A stretch of 64,000 nt of DNA from Nitrospirales bacterium (lineage in GTDB: Bacteria; Nitrospirota; Nitrospiria; Nitrospirales; UBA8639): contig CBDCWC010000002.1 in assembly GCA_965223295.1 (NCBI GenBank), forward strand, positions 1,024,001 through 1,088,000. The letters are read 5' to 3'. Of this stretch, positions 1-10,326 are shown piece by piece. Position numbers and translations under genes: made by a program. The notes beneath the pieces are model-generated. The model ran no database searches and had not been told where the DNA came from. It worked only from the letters and a program-made list of their open reading frames with translations. Every line of letters begins with the position of its first letter. Positions within the stretch are counted from its first letter, which is position 1.

Positions 1-54
1 AGCTCACCCACTGTCACACTCCATTCCTGAATCTGCTCCAAAAGTTTTTCTTAA

Positions 55-322
55 TATCTAGATATCTAGAGTCTCTACTCCCCCTTCCTCTATCTAGATC
101 AAGCTAGTCGCTCTGCATAAATTTTTTTGGAAAATTTTGAGCCGAACCGAGAGTAACGAGCACAAAAATTTACTAGTCTAGACTAAAAGCGAAGGAAATC
201 TAGATTAAGATGATCGAAATTTCTCCGGACAAAAAAAGAATTGGTTGACTCTGCAAGGTTTGAGAATTTTTGGCGAAACTGAAAAGAATGGCGTGAATCT
301 CTAGAGTGAAATTCGGTCTAGA
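55..322. repeat. Cluster of TCTAGA/CTAG palindromes with A/T tracts
   Basis: TCTAGA at 57, 65, 93, 177, 199, 300, 317. Longer palindromes TCTAGATATCTAGA (57-70), TAGTCTAGACTA (174-185), AATCTAGATT (197-206). Confidence 0.85.
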
Positions 323-369
323 ACTCTCGACTAAATTTTCGTAATCAAAACGAAGAAGACGCTCAACAA

Positions 370-582
370 ATGCTGAAAAACCTGACACTAACGATCCTTT
401 TAGTCACGACTGTCGGGTGTGGCACCCAGATGAGCTCACAACACAGTGACCCTAGACCACACAGACCAGAGTTTTTGCGGCCCCCTCAAAAGGCCTCAGA
501 CACCGAACCTCTCTTGCGGTATGCACCCTATCCGCTCTATCCCGTCGACGAAAATTATACGGTCTATGGACGCTATCAATGA
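370..582 (+). CDS. Small putative lipoprotein
   Basis: MLKNLTLTILLVTTVG-C: basic N-terminus, hydrophobic core and a lipobox-like Cys. No recognisable family. Confidence 0.45.
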   Translation: MLKNLTLTILLVTTVGCGTQMSSQHSDPRPHRPEFLRPPQKASDTEPLLRYAPYPLYPVDENYTVYGRYQ

Positions 583-923
583 ATCTCTAGACCACCACCG
601 ACCGATTCTCCAGAAGGAATCGAGCCAAAACGAAAAGCTTGCTCAGTAACCATTGAGTTTACCTGGCAAACCATAGAACTTCCTAAGAATAGTTATCTCA
701 TCTACTGCTACAACGTTCTTTTCCTTCCCTTGGATTATCGCCAAAAGGAAGAAAGCTCTTAATCTTTCCCCTTACCTTCATAAATCACTGAGACCAAATC
801 TGATTCGCCACCTCCTGCATGCCCCTATACGAGTAAAACGTACCTTTACATAAATTCATCAACTTCTGTACTGTATTTTCATGCCGGTTGTTTAATATTT
901 CCTAAATAAGAGGAGAGTCCTCT

Positions 924-1264
924 ATGCTTTATACAATTCTCAGTACAGTCAAAATCGCTACTCTTCCAGTGCTTATTGTTCTTATGACTGGAGGCTTATC
1001 TGAACATGCCCATGCCTGGTTCCCCGAGTCGACTATGGAGACAGATATTTTGATGACTCTCGATACTCTAGAACCATTCGATGATGAAGCTGAATGTTTA
1101 ATAATTTCTTGAATGTCTTTATCGCTGCCTACATTGCCACCGAGGGCAATATGGAGATTATAGTCTTAGACCCCAATACCATTTGCATCTCAGTTCCAGG
1201 TAATCGCGAGGAATGTTTTAGTAATGAAACCCTCTCCACCCTCTCCCTGAATCACTCATTCTGA
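924..1264 (+). pseudogene. Secreted hypothetical protein, apparently frameshifted near 1093
   Basis: Strong RBS (AGGAG) and a signal peptide ending AHA|W. The ORF stops at 1112, but an overlapping frame (MFNNFLNVFIAAYIATEG...NHSF*) stays open to 1264. Confidence 0.45.
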
Positions 1265-1462
1265 ATGCTAATCCAAGCAGATGGCCTATACCACACTAAA
1301 CCCAATAGATGTGATTCTAGCGCTACACGAGGTTTTCTATAGACCGCTAAAATGCCTCCGACAGAAGTACAACCTAGATCTTCTAGCTTCAGCCTTAGGC
1401 AATTGATCCACAGTGCAGGAAAACGCCTTGCCATGTTACGCGCATAAAGGCACGATAGTCAC

Positions 1463-1691
1463 ATGCCCAAAATGATTCAACTGGCATATGTGACAGACAA
1501 ATTACAGCTAACACTCAAGGCGCGAGCCATCTTGGAAGGACTCGCGCGCCGAATATCTGTTAGGACATAGTCAAGAGTTAGCCGAACGTCCAACCCTCAT
1601 CGAAATGCGCGAACACCTTCGTCATCGAGAATCTGCAGAGGGAACCTTCTCGCCAACTGAGATTCTCCGACAGGAACAGCAACAACGGTGA
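1463..1691 (+). pseudogene. FitA/VapB-like ribbon-helix-helix antitoxin, frameshifted
   Basis: Manual translation MPKMIQLAYVTDKLQLTLKARAILEGL/fs/AEYLLGHSQELAERPTLIEMREHLRHRES...EILRQEQQQR* fits the FitA-type pattern. Its stop overlaps the next GTG (GTGA). Confidence 0.75.
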
Positions 1692-2215
1692 TCGTCTTGG
1701 ACATTTCAGCCAGGCTGGAGCAACTGTTGGACACCCAAAAGAGCAGCTCGTCTGTGAACGTTATCTGATAGAAGACGAATCATTTCACGTCCCTCACCTC
1801 TTCGATGTGAAAATCGTTCAAATTCTTCGACGCTATGCCCATCAGAACTTGCTCGCCAAATGACGTATCATAGAAACCCGCAAAGATTTCCGAGACTTTC
1901 CACTCATCCCGTATTCTTATGGGCACCTCTAAAAGCTGATGTTTTTTGAGGGCAAGGAAGCGGCGCACGGAAAACCGCAGTGTATGGGCCAATACATGAG
2001 GATTTGAGTACGCCGCTGACGCCGCCATCGGGAAAAAGGACGGTTTTTAGAAGTGTCCTTATGATCTTTTCCTTTCACGCATTTGGCCGTTGCGAGATAA
2101 TTGCACGGCCTATGATGCCGTAGATGTGACCTTAGCCGAGACATTCAATATTCCCTTTGTGACTGTGATACATGGTTTGCCACTGCTTCTGGTCATTCTG
2201 CCAATTTGTTCTGAT
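1688..2215 (+). pseudogene. vapC: PIN-domain (VapC/FitB) toxin pseudogene interrupted by a MITE
   Basis: VIVLDISA...HVPHLFDVKIVQILRRYA...DFPLI...YSY[MITE]DLFLSRIWPLRDNCTAYDAVDVTLAE...ASGHSA. PIN motifs are present, with frameshifts and a premature stop. Confidence 0.8.
1921..2058. mobile_element. 138-bp MITE with terminal inverted repeats (TIRs) and 4-bp target-site duplication (TSD)
   Basis: TIRs GGGCACCTCTAAAA / TTTTAGAAGTGTCC (12/14). TTAT is duplicated at 1917-1920 and 2059-2062. Removing the element restores local vapC coding continuity. Confidence 0.85.
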
Positions 2216-2407
2216 ATAATATTCATTCATTGATACTGTTGAACGCACATACAAAGAAAAATGGATCCTGAACAATGAATGGTTAACTTCCGTTCTACAA
2301 TCTCATCCAGGCAATCATCTACTTTTCACACAATTCGTGGACACGGCCAAACCGCTCAAACGTTCCCAATCACATTGTTCATTCATTAACGATAGCAAGG
2401 AGTGAGT

Positions 2408-4171
2408 ATGTCATCCACGTTGCCATCATGGAACTTGAAACATTTGTTGCGTGATCCGCAAAAGGACTCTCAGCAAATCGAGAAGGAGTTAGAGTCAAGA
2501 ATTTCATCTCTTGAAAAGCACCGTGGTCGTCTGACTTCTTCCATAACACCTCAAGTATTTCGACGAATATTGCAGCAGATCGAAGACATAACCGAACACA
2601 TGAATGTTCTTGGAGCTTTCGCTTTTTTATGGTTTGCTGAAAATACAAAAAATCAAACCGCCAGAGCCTTTGAACATCAAATCCAAAACCGCCTCGCTCA
2701 ATTTTCTCCACGACTGTTGTTTTTTGACTTGTGGTGGCAGAGCCTCCCATCCAAGCACCTGAAACGCCTTTCGAGAACAGCCCCACGTTATCGGTATTAT
2801 CTGGAGACTCTCACCCGATTCAACCCTCATACGCTGACTGAATCAGAAGAACGTATCGTGACCATGAAGAATACGACTGGCCGACAGGCTCTTGAAGCCT
2901 TATACGGCGTCGCAACGAATACTATGAAGTTTCCACTGAAATATCAAAGCCGCACCAAGCAACTCACTCGTGAGCAACTCATGAGCTATGTTCGTCATCC
3001 CTTGCCTGCGGTCCGGCGCGACGCCTATCAGTCTTTATTTAAAGTGTATGGGGCACAGCGAGATATCTTAGGAGATCTGTATAAACATCTCGTACAAGAT
3101 TGGGGAAATGAGGGTCAGCAATTACGTCACTATGCGTCACCGATAGCCGTCCGCAATATGGCCAATGACATCCACGACCAAGCCGTGGATGCGTTGCTCA
3201 CCACTTGTCGAAAGAATGTCGGCATCTTCCAAGAGTATTTCCGCCTCAAAAAGCGCCTCCTGAAACTTAAAACATTTCATCGCTACGATCTGTATGCTCC
3301 CTACGGCGCGAAATCACGTCGCTATACATTTTCTCGTGCCCAAAACATGGTCATGGAATCCTATCAGAATTTCTGTCCGACTCTGGCCGAACTAGCGTCT
3401 CGTGTGATTGACGAGCATCATCTTGATGCGGCCATCCGTCCAGGGAAAATGGGTGGAGCGTTTTGTTATAGCGTCAAACCCAAGCAAACGCCATATGTGT
3501 TAGTGAATTTCACGGGAGAAGCGCGCGATGTCTCAACTCTAGCCCATGAGTTGGGACATGCCATGCATGCAATGCTGGCGGAGGCTCATCCCGCCTTGAC
3601 GTTCCATTCCGCCCTGCCTTTAGCCGAGACAGCGTCGATTTTTGGAGAACAATTGCTCTCAGATTCTTTACTGGCTCAAGAACGGAACCCGCACACAAAA
3701 GTCAGTCTTTTGCTGAGCCAACTCGACGATGCCTATGCCACCATTCTCCGTCAGGCCTATTTTGTACAATTTGAACGTGAGGCTCATCGTCGTATCCAAA
3801 CCGGAGCGACAATTGACGAGCTGGCTGAAACGTATCTGAAGCTACTCCGTGAGCAATTTGGGCAAGCAGTGAAGGTTGGTGAGGAATTTCGTTGGGAGTG
3901 GCTCGCCATCCCGCATATTTTTGCCAGTCCGTTTTATTGCTATGCCTACAGTTTTGGGAATTTACTTGTCTTGTCGTTGTTTCAACAATACAAAAAGGAA
4001 GGAAATCCATTTATCCCACGCTATCTTGAGCTACTAGCGGGAGGAGGATCAGCCAGTTCGCAAACTTTGCTGGCTCCTCTCAAGGTCGATGTGAATTCAC
4101 GGAAATTCTGGGAAGGAGGGTTTACCCGCATTCACGCTTTGGTAAATGAGCTTGAGCAGAATATGCCGTAA
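2408..4171 (+). CDS. pepF: M3B family oligoendopeptidase F
   Basis: GKMGGAFC, TLAHELGHAMH (HExxH), LAETAS, PFYCYAYSFG motifs; RBS AGGAG before ATG 2408. Confidence 0.92.
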   Translation: MSSTLPSWNLKHLLRDPQKDSQQIEKELESRISSLEKHRGRLTSSITPQVFRRILQQIEDITEHMNVLGAFAFLWFAENTKNQTARAFEHQIQNRLAQFSPRLLFFDLWWQSLPSKHLKRLSRTAPRYRYYLETLTRFNPHTLTESEERIVTMKNTTGRQALEALYGVATNTMKFPLKYQSRTKQLTREQLMSYVRHPLPAVRRDAYQSLFKVYGAQRDILGDLYKHLVQDWGNEGQQLRHYASPIAVRNMANDIHDQAVDALLTTCRKNVGIFQEYFRLKKRLLKLKTFHRYDLYAPYGAKSRRYTFSRAQNMVMESYQNFCPTLAELASRVIDEHHLDAAIRPGKMGGAFCYSVKPKQTPYVLVNFTGEARDVSTLAHELGHAMHAMLAEAHPALTFHSALPLAETASIFGEQLLSDSLLAQERNPHTKVSLLLSQLDDAYATILRQAYFVQFEREAHRRIQTGATIDELAETYLKLLREQFGQAVKVGEEFRWEWLAIPHIFASPFYCYAYSFGNLLVLSLFQQYKKEGNPFIPRYLELLAGGGSASSQTLLAPLKVDVNSRKFWEGGFTRIHALVNELEQNMP

Positions 4172-4177
4172 GACTTG

Positions 4178-4612
4178 TTACATGATTCCCGCTTGACGTT
4201 GGAGCCAGCGGACATATCCAATAATCTGCGTCACATCTTCCTGGGTCGCGCCTTTAATTTTTGGCATGTTGCCGAATTTCCAATGATGGGCCCGCACCCC
4301 TTGGGCTGCTGCCCGTTGAAAGGCCATGTCCGCATGATGACTGGGCTCATAAATTTTATGGACCAGTGGTGGCCCATTGTTCGTGCCGCGTCCTTGAGCA
4401 CCATGACAGCGTGAACAGAAGTTATTGAATTTTAACTCTCCTTCTGCAAATTCGTCCGGAACGGACGTCTCAACAGAGGCCGACTGAATAGCTGACGAGG
4501 GTGCTAGAGTACTTTGAGCATTGGAACCACTTTCAGAACAACCTGATAGGAACAGCCATGCCAGACAGAGAATGATGGCCATAGTAAGCTGCGATCCTGT
4601 CCAAGGCGTCAT
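4178..4612 (-). CDS. Monoheme c-type cytochrome, lipoprotein
   Basis: CSRCH heme-binding motif and LSGC lipobox. RBS AGGAG; ATG overlaps the queC stop (ATGA). Confidence 0.85.
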   Translation of the reverse strand: MTPWTGSQLTMAIILCLAWLFLSGCSESGSNAQSTLAPSSAIQSASVETSVPDEFAEGELKFNNFCSRCHGAQGRGTNNGPPLVHKIYEPSHHADMAFQRAAAQGVRAHHWKFGNMPKIKGATQEDVTQIIGYVRWLQRQAGIM

Positions 4613-5310
4613 ATTGTTTCTCCTGTTGAGTTGACCTGCATGACGGGATCTGGCAACCGCGCGTCTTGAAACCCTTCTTGACGAATACGACAACTATCAC
4701 AACGGCCGCATGGACGATTGTCAGCCTCAGGCTGATAACAACTGCTCGTGTATTGAAACGGCACCTGAAGCCCTTGTCCTTTTTGAATAATCTCGCGTTT
4801 GGTCATGAAAAGCAAGGGCGCCACGATTTCAACGGCTGCCCCCTCTTGTCCTAACCGGGTTCCCTGTTTTGCTACTTCCGTAAACGCCTTGATGAACTCT
4901 GGACGGCAATCAGGATATCCTGAATAATCACGAATATTCGCGCCAAAGAAAATCTTAAAAGCCCCTAACACTTCAGCATAGGCTAGAGCTAAACTCAGAA
5001 AGATAGTATTACGGGCAGGCACATAGGTTGAGGGAATCTCCCGCTCATTCATGACTCGATCAGTCGGTACGGGAATTTCATCAGTCAAGGCCGAACCACC
5101 AAACACACGCAAATCTAGTTGCAGGATTTTATGATCAAGAACTTCGAACCAGGCTCCAACTTTCTTGGCACATTCGATTTCAAAACGATGGCGTTGCCCG
5201 TAGTCGATTGTTAGAAAATTCAGATCACAACCTTCCCTCTTGGCAATAGCCGCCGTCACAGTCGAATCCAATCCACCACTGGCTAATATTACAACAGGAC
5301 AACCCGCCAT
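4609..5310 (-). CDS. queC: 7-cyano-7-deazaguanine synthase
   Basis: SGGLDS PP-loop, YVPARNTIF, GYPDCRPEF, SCY...CGRCDSC zinc motif. Confidence 0.95.
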   Translation of the reverse strand: MAGCPVVILASGGLDSTVTAAIAKREGCDLNFLTIDYGQRHRFEIECAKKVGAWFEVLDHKILQLDLRVFGGSALTDEIPVPTDRVMNEREIPSTYVPARNTIFLSLALAYAEVLGAFKIFFGANIRDYSGYPDCRPEFIKAFTEVAKQGTRLGQEGAAVEIVAPLLFMTKREIIQKGQGLQVPFQYTSSCYQPEADNRPCGRCDSCRIRQEGFQDARLPDPVMQVNSTGETI

Positions 5311-5509
5311 CACATACCTTTTCTGGACAGATGAAGACCATGGATTTCCAGAAAAATGTCTGGACAAGGACAACAGGTATTGCCGTGAGGCCAACTCATT
5401 GTTATGAAGGTTAACAGAAAGTCTTAAAAAGCGGGAAGTGGCGATCTCGAACATGCGTGAGAAGAGAACAACGAGAAAGCCCAGACTGAGGGAAAAGCTG
5501 TTCGGTTAA

Positions 5510-6061
5510 CTATGAACGTTGTTCTGATCGCTCAATTTTTTCCATCAGTTCACGTTTTGATTGGCACTCCACGCACAAGCGTGCAAACGGCAGAGCGTGA
5601 AGACGTTTTTCGCTAATTTCTTCTCCGCAGTCGGCACACATGCCATAAGTACCTTCCTCCAAACTATCTAAAGCATCATCAATGAGCTGTCGCTCCCGAT
5701 TCCGCATTTCTTGAAGAGAAATGCCCATCTCACGCTCCAAATCCACCAACGCCTGATCACCGCTATCCATGGCAGCTTCCAGGCGACGTTGCTGCTCTTC
5801 GGTGACCGATTGCCCCAATTGCTGTTTAATTTCTTGGATAATCGCCTCACGTTTCGCCAGCAAAATATCCTTGAGCGCAGCATGACGATCAACTGCTCCG
5901 CCTTTTTTCTTGGCTTTTTTTGAAGCAGGGGCCGACTTCGAAGAAACCTTAGCGGGCTCTTTTTTCTTCGTCTTTTTGGGAGAAGATACTGTCGACTTTG
6001 CCGTTTTTTTCACACGTGTCGTGGTGGGCTTTGTTTCCTTCTTCCCCGATCGTGCGGCCAT
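5510..6061 (-). CDS. dksA: TraR/DksA family transcription factor with Lys-rich N-terminal extension
   Basis: DSGDQA coiled-coil tip; YGMCADCGEEISEKRL..LPFARLCVECQ C4 zinc finger. Confidence 0.85.
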   Translation of the reverse strand: MAARSGKKETKPTTTRVKKTAKSTVSSPKKTKKKEPAKVSSKSAPASKKAKKKGGAVDRHAALKDILLAKREAIIQEIKQQLGQSVTEEQQRRLEAAMDSGDQALVDLEREMGISLQEMRNRERQLIDDALDSLEEGTYGMCADCGEEISEKRLHALPFARLCVECQSKRELMEKIERSEQRS

Positions 6062-6181
6062 ACCAATATTCCTTTCCCCATTGGGAGATGAGCCAACTCA
6101 TGACCTTCTTGAGAAGATCATGTCTTCAAAACACCAACACCATAAACATCTACACTTCACTCCATCGTGCCCAACCGTGGG

Positions 6182-6697
6182 TCAGGCATAACTAACTAAG
6201 GAATGGACGTCATACCCATCAATTTTTTTTCGGCCTTCAAGCTCAAGAAGTTCAACTAACACACCGACTCCCGCAATGTTTCCGCCTAACTGTCGGACTA
6301 ATTGGACCGTGGCTGAAGCCGTTCCTCCTGTGGCTAAGAGATCGTCTAAAACAAGAACGGTCTCCCCTTCCTGAATGGCATCACGATGAATCGCGAGAGA
6401 ATTTGACCCGTATTCTAAGTTGTATTTTACTTCAAAAATATCGGCAGGCAGCTTCCCTGGCTTTCGAACAGGAACAAATCCAGCATTTAGGTGATACGCT
6501 AGAGGACTGGCAAAAATAAATCCGCGGGATTCAATGCCAACCACTTTAGCAATATTGGCTCCCTGATAATATTGAACAAGTTCGTCGATAATAGCACGCA
6601 AACATGCCGGTTCCTTTAAGAGTGTCGTGATGTCATAAAACAAAATCCCTGGCTTGGGAAAATCTGGAACTTCTCGAATATAGGACTTGTAATTCAT
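6182..6697 (-). CDS. apt: Adenine phosphoribosyltransferase
   Basis: [40 protein letters not shown]. Confidence 0.96.
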   Translation of the reverse strand: MNYKSYIREVPDFPKPGILFYDITTLLKEPACLRAIIDELVQYYQGANIAKVVGIESRGFIFASPLAYHLNAGFVPVRKPGKLPADIFEVKYNLEYGSNSLAIHRDAIQEGETVLVLDDLLATGGTASATVQLVRQLGGNIAGVGVLVELLELEGRKKIDGYDVHSLVSYA

Positions 6698-6780
6698 TCA
6701 GTAGACTTATCAATACATATCTAAATTTTGACCAGGGCTTAGAACAATATCCCCCTTCTCTAAGGAGAGAATTTTCAAAA

Positions 6781-7065
6781 TTAGTCACGTAGAATGACAA
6801 ACCCTTGAGTGTGCCTGTTTGAATCTTTCCAGTCAACTAATATTTCGGTGACTTCAGAAAATCGAGGACCTTCATTAAGAACTTTCAAGAACGCCTCCAG
6901 CTCTTCCCTTGGACCTTCAGCTTCCAGTTCAACGGACCCATCTGCACGATTTTTCACCCATCCCTGTAGTCTTTTTTGGAAGGCGTGATGCTGAGTAAAT
7001 GCCCGAAAGCCTACACCTTGGACCCGTCCAGTCACGACAGCATGGATACGAACGATCCTGTCCAT
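6781..7065 (-). CDS. acyP: Acylphosphatase
   Basis: VTGRVQGVGFR and GWVKNRADGSVE signatures; RBS before ATG 7065. Confidence 0.93.
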   Translation of the reverse strand: MDRIVRIHAVVTGRVQGVGFRAFTQHHAFQKRLQGWVKNRADGSVELEAEGPREELEAFLKVLNEGPRFSEVTEILVDWKDSNRHTQGFVILRD

Positions 7066-7110
7066 ATTTTCTTCCTCGATCTCTAAAAAAAGCAAACGCT
7101 GATGGATTTT

Positions 7111-8577
7111 TCAGAAACTCGTTCCTGGGGATGTATTTTGAAAGGACTGCATCAGACGCTCAGCAACCTGCCCCCCTTCTCGAATACAATCAGGAATGCC
7201 AATTCCGCAGAGCCCCGCTCCGATGATCTGGAGACGTGGGCTTGACGCCATAAGCTCTTTGAGTTTGGCAACCCTATCTTGATGACCGATGACATATTGC
7301 GGCATCCCCCGGACCCAGCGATGCACTTCCCTATAGTTGGGGGGACTGACGATCCCGATGATGGCTTGCAGTTCTTGACGGATGACTTCCACCAGGCAAT
7401 CATCATCTTGGTCTAGAATATGCTCACGACCTCTTCCCCCCACATAGCACCGAATCAGTGTTTCCCCTTTTGAGCTACGGTCTGGCCATTTTAGCGATGT
7501 CCATGTGCCTGCAAAAATGGGCCGTTGCTCTTTTCGAGGGACAACAAATCCGAACCCTCGAATCTGCCCTATTACCGCTTCCGTGGGATAAGCAAGAGAT
7601 ACCGTTGCTGTTGAAGTATAAGGAATTTGACTTAATACCGCTGCGGCTTCCGGCTGAAAATTCTGAAGAAGCTGTGCCGTTTGATAAGCCGGAGTTGTAA
7701 GAACCACTGCATCTGCTAAAAGCTTGGAACCATTTTCTAAATGGAGAGAATATTTTCTATCATTTTCAACAGTCGCTTGAAACGGGAGACATCCGGCACC
7801 AGACATTAATTGTACACCACCTTCCGTGAGCCGCTGAATTAATGTCTTAATAAGGTCTCCTAAACCATTTCGAAGTGTCATAAATAACGAGGACGGTGTT
7901 GACCCCGAAGGCTTGGGGACTTGCTGAGCTTTAGCTTGAACAGCGCGCATACCTTTAATGACGCTTCCATATTCTTGTTCTAATTCTCGAAACCGTGGAA
8001 ACGTCGCTTCAAGACTGAGTTCCTCTGCATCACCCGCGTATATTCCTGCGACCAACGGCTCAATAAGATAATCAAAGGCTTCCGTTCCAAACCGCCGCCG
8101 AAAAAAACTCGCTAAGGATTCCTCTCCCCTTTTCGAAGATGCTTTAGGCCAAAACCGTTCTGCCCCCATACGAAGGAGCCCGCGCCAGGACAACAAGCCT
8201 CCAGAGACAAGAGTATCCACTCGTTGCGGGCGAAAGCTTAGTAAGCCTTGTGGCAACTCCCGCAACGCGCCACGGCATAATGAAAACGTCCGATTATTTT
8301 CTGTAATGGTCGGAATGAGTTGACTCTCAAGTCCTAAGGTCCGGCACAAGGCCAGAGCCCAGGGCTTGGATGTTAAAAATGAATCTGGCCCCCCTTCGAT
8401 GAGAAGGTTGGCAGGATGATTGGTCAGAATTTTCCCGCCCCATCGGGTATCCCGCTCAACAACCGTGCATTGTATTGGCAATTCATGTTTTTTTGCTTCC
8501 TCCATGACAAAAAATGCCGTAGAGAGTCCTGAAATCCCACCACCCACAACGACGACATGATAGGAAGATTGTGGCAC
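7111..8577 (-). CDS. hemY: Protoporphyrinogen/coproporphyrinogen III oxidase (HemY family)
   Basis: GGGISG FAD motif, EGGPDSF, GIYAGD, GFGFVVP, GIGIPDCI. Confidence 0.92.
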   Translation of the reverse strand: MPQSSYHVVVVGGGISGLSTAFFVMEEAKKHELPIQCTVVERDTRWGGKILTNHPANLLIEGGPDSFLTSKPWALALCRTLGLESQLIPTITENNRTFSLCRGALRELPQGLLSFRPQRVDTLVSGGLLSWRGLLRMGAERFWPKASSKRGEESLASFFRRRFGTEAFDYLIEPLVAGIYAGDAEELSLEATFPRFRELEQEYGSVIKGMRAVQAKAQQVPKPSGSTPSSLFMTLRNGLGDLIKTLIQRLTEGGVQLMSGAGCLPFQATVENDRKYSLHLENGSKLLADAVVLTTPAYQTAQLLQNFQPEAAAVLSQIPYTSTATVSLAYPTEAVIGQIRGFGFVVPRKEQRPIFAGTWTSLKWPDRSSKGETLIRCYVGGRGREHILDQDDDCLVEVIRQELQAIIGIVSPPNYREVHRWVRGMPQYVIGHQDRVAKLKELMASSPRLQIIGAGLCGIGIPDCIREGGQVAERLMQSFQNTSPGTSF

Positions 8578-8686
8578 GTTTTCTTACGTGAGCAAGAGAC
8601 CGGAACTATTGTGAGAAGGAGAGGAGATGATACATCACGAAGGTTCTGACCTGAAAAGCGACCGGAATGTTCACTGAAATTACCAA

Positions 8687-9724
8687 TTAGACAGCCTGAA
8701 CATCTCGGGAGAAGCGATGAACGCAGTCAATCGCAAAGTCTACATTGTGCAATGGCGTGGTTGGGAGAATTCCATGACCCAAATTAAATATATGTCCGGG
8801 CCGCCCGCCAGCTTGTTGCATAATAGCTCGCACACGCCGTTCAATTTCCTTTTCTGATGCAAACAAGACCATAGGATCGAGATTTCCCTGAATTCCCATA
8901 TCATGTCCGACCAAGTTCCATCCTTCATCCAAGCGGACGCGCCAATCAACACCCATGACATCACCTCCGGCTTTGCGCATCAACGGCAGCAATCCAGTTG
9001 TTCCCGTTCCAAAATAAATAAGTGGAATCCCTTCCACTCGCAAGGCCGAAAAAATTGATTGGACATGAGGCAAGACATATTCTTCATAATCGCCAGGGCT
9101 TAAACACCCAACCCAGCTATCAAAGAGTTGGATAGCTTGAGCCCCAGCCCGGCTTTGAACTCGCAAATATTCAATGACGACAGCAGAGAGTTTGGAAAGA
9201 AGCTGATGCCAGACGGTTGGCTGTGAAAACATCAGTTGCTTTGTTCTGGCATAATCTCGAGAGCTGCCTCCCTCTATCGCATAACTCGCTAAGGTAAATG
9301 GCGCCCCCGCAAATCCGATTAATGGAACTCGACTCTCTAAGGCCCCAAGCGCTTGACGGATGGCTTCCCCGGCATAGCCGAATGCTTCACCATCAACGGC
9401 TCGAAGCTCCACAATACCCATCTCTCCCCGAATGGGATTATCAATGACGGGTCCTTTGCCTTCGATAAATTCCAGATGAAGCCCCATGGCTTCTAACGGC
9501 AGCAAAATATCTGCAAAGATAATGGCCGCATCTAACTGAAAACGTTGAATAGGCTGGAGAGTGACTTCCGCAGCCAGTGACGGCGTTTTACAAACTTCTA
9601 AAATAGAATGCCGGCGGCGAATGGCCTGGTATTCTGCCATGTACCGCCCCGCCTGCCGCATAAACCACACCGGCGTCCGGTCCACTGCTTGACGAAGACA
9701 CGCCTTTAAAAATCGATCATTCAT
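8687..9724 (-). CDS. hemE: Uroporphyrinogen decarboxylase
   Basis: PVWFMRQAGRY, GFAGAPFTLASY, QGNLDP, FNLGHGI. Confidence 0.96.
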   Translation of the reverse strand: MNDRFLKACLRQAVDRTPVWFMRQAGRYMAEYQAIRRRHSILEVCKTPSLAAEVTLQPIQRFQLDAAIIFADILLPLEAMGLHLEFIEGKGPVIDNPIRGEMGIVELRAVDGEAFGYAGEAIRQALGALESRVPLIGFAGAPFTLASYAIEGGSSRDYARTKQLMFSQPTVWHQLLSKLSAVVIEYLRVQSRAGAQAIQLFDSWVGCLSPGDYEEYVLPHVQSIFSALRVEGIPLIYFGTGTTGLLPLMRKAGGDVMGVDWRVRLDEGWNLVGHDMGIQGNLDPMVLFASEKEIERRVRAIMQQAGGRPGHIFNLGHGILPTTPLHNVDFAIDCVHRFSRDVQAV

Positions 9725-9812
9725 GTGGGCATTCTACGAAGCACAAAATACGGAGTCAATGAACGAAGGAAGCCCTAGCCTCACATGCTTGCAATGAGTG
9801 TTCTGGTAATAG

Positions 9813-10259
9813 TTAGGATAAAGACCGCACGATTTGTGGGCCTAACGTTTCATAAATACGTTGAGAGTCTTTATGTACCGTATCCCATTCTGCTTCAGCC
9901 ATCACCCAAGCATCATCTGGTTCCAGTTCAATACGATAATGCTGTTCATCTAGAGAGAACCATTCAAAATAGGGATGAGGGGGAAGCAAAGGGTGCGGAT
10001 CAAAAGAGAGCAAACTCACTTTCCCAATGTGTGGAATGGCAAAATCCTCCAAAAACCCTCCAGCATGAGGATCATCGATAAATTTAGGATTTCTAAACTG
10101 AATAACTTGTCCGGCAAGATCATTATGTAATCCGCCAGCCAGACAAAAATCTACGACTCCTAATGCTGCAAAAGTGACTTGACCAACCACGACATCGCCA
10201 GAGCGATTGTCAAAGAATCCTTCTTTCACCCATCGAGCGTTCCCGAATTTTTGTGCCAT
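9813..10259 (-). CDS. Hypothetical protein
   Basis: Long ORF with globular composition; probable start MAQKFG at 10259. Confidence 0.7.
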   Translation of the reverse strand: MAQKFGNARWVKEGFFDNRSGDVVVGQVTFAALGVVDFCLAGGLHNDLAGQVIQFRNPKFIDDPHAGGFLEDFAIPHIGKVSLLSFDPHPLLPPHPYFEWFSLDEQHYRIELEPDDAWVMAEAEWDTVHKDSQRIYETLGPQIVRSLS

Positions 10260-10326
10260 ACAGAAATCCCGTCTACAAAACTTAAGATAATGCTTGGGGC
10301 GCTGGAGTGAAATACGAGAGAGGAAA

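Noticed and set aside
1780-2144. Minus-strand ORFs of 82 and 71 aa
   Set aside because: They are antisense shadows of the vapC pseudogene and the MITE.
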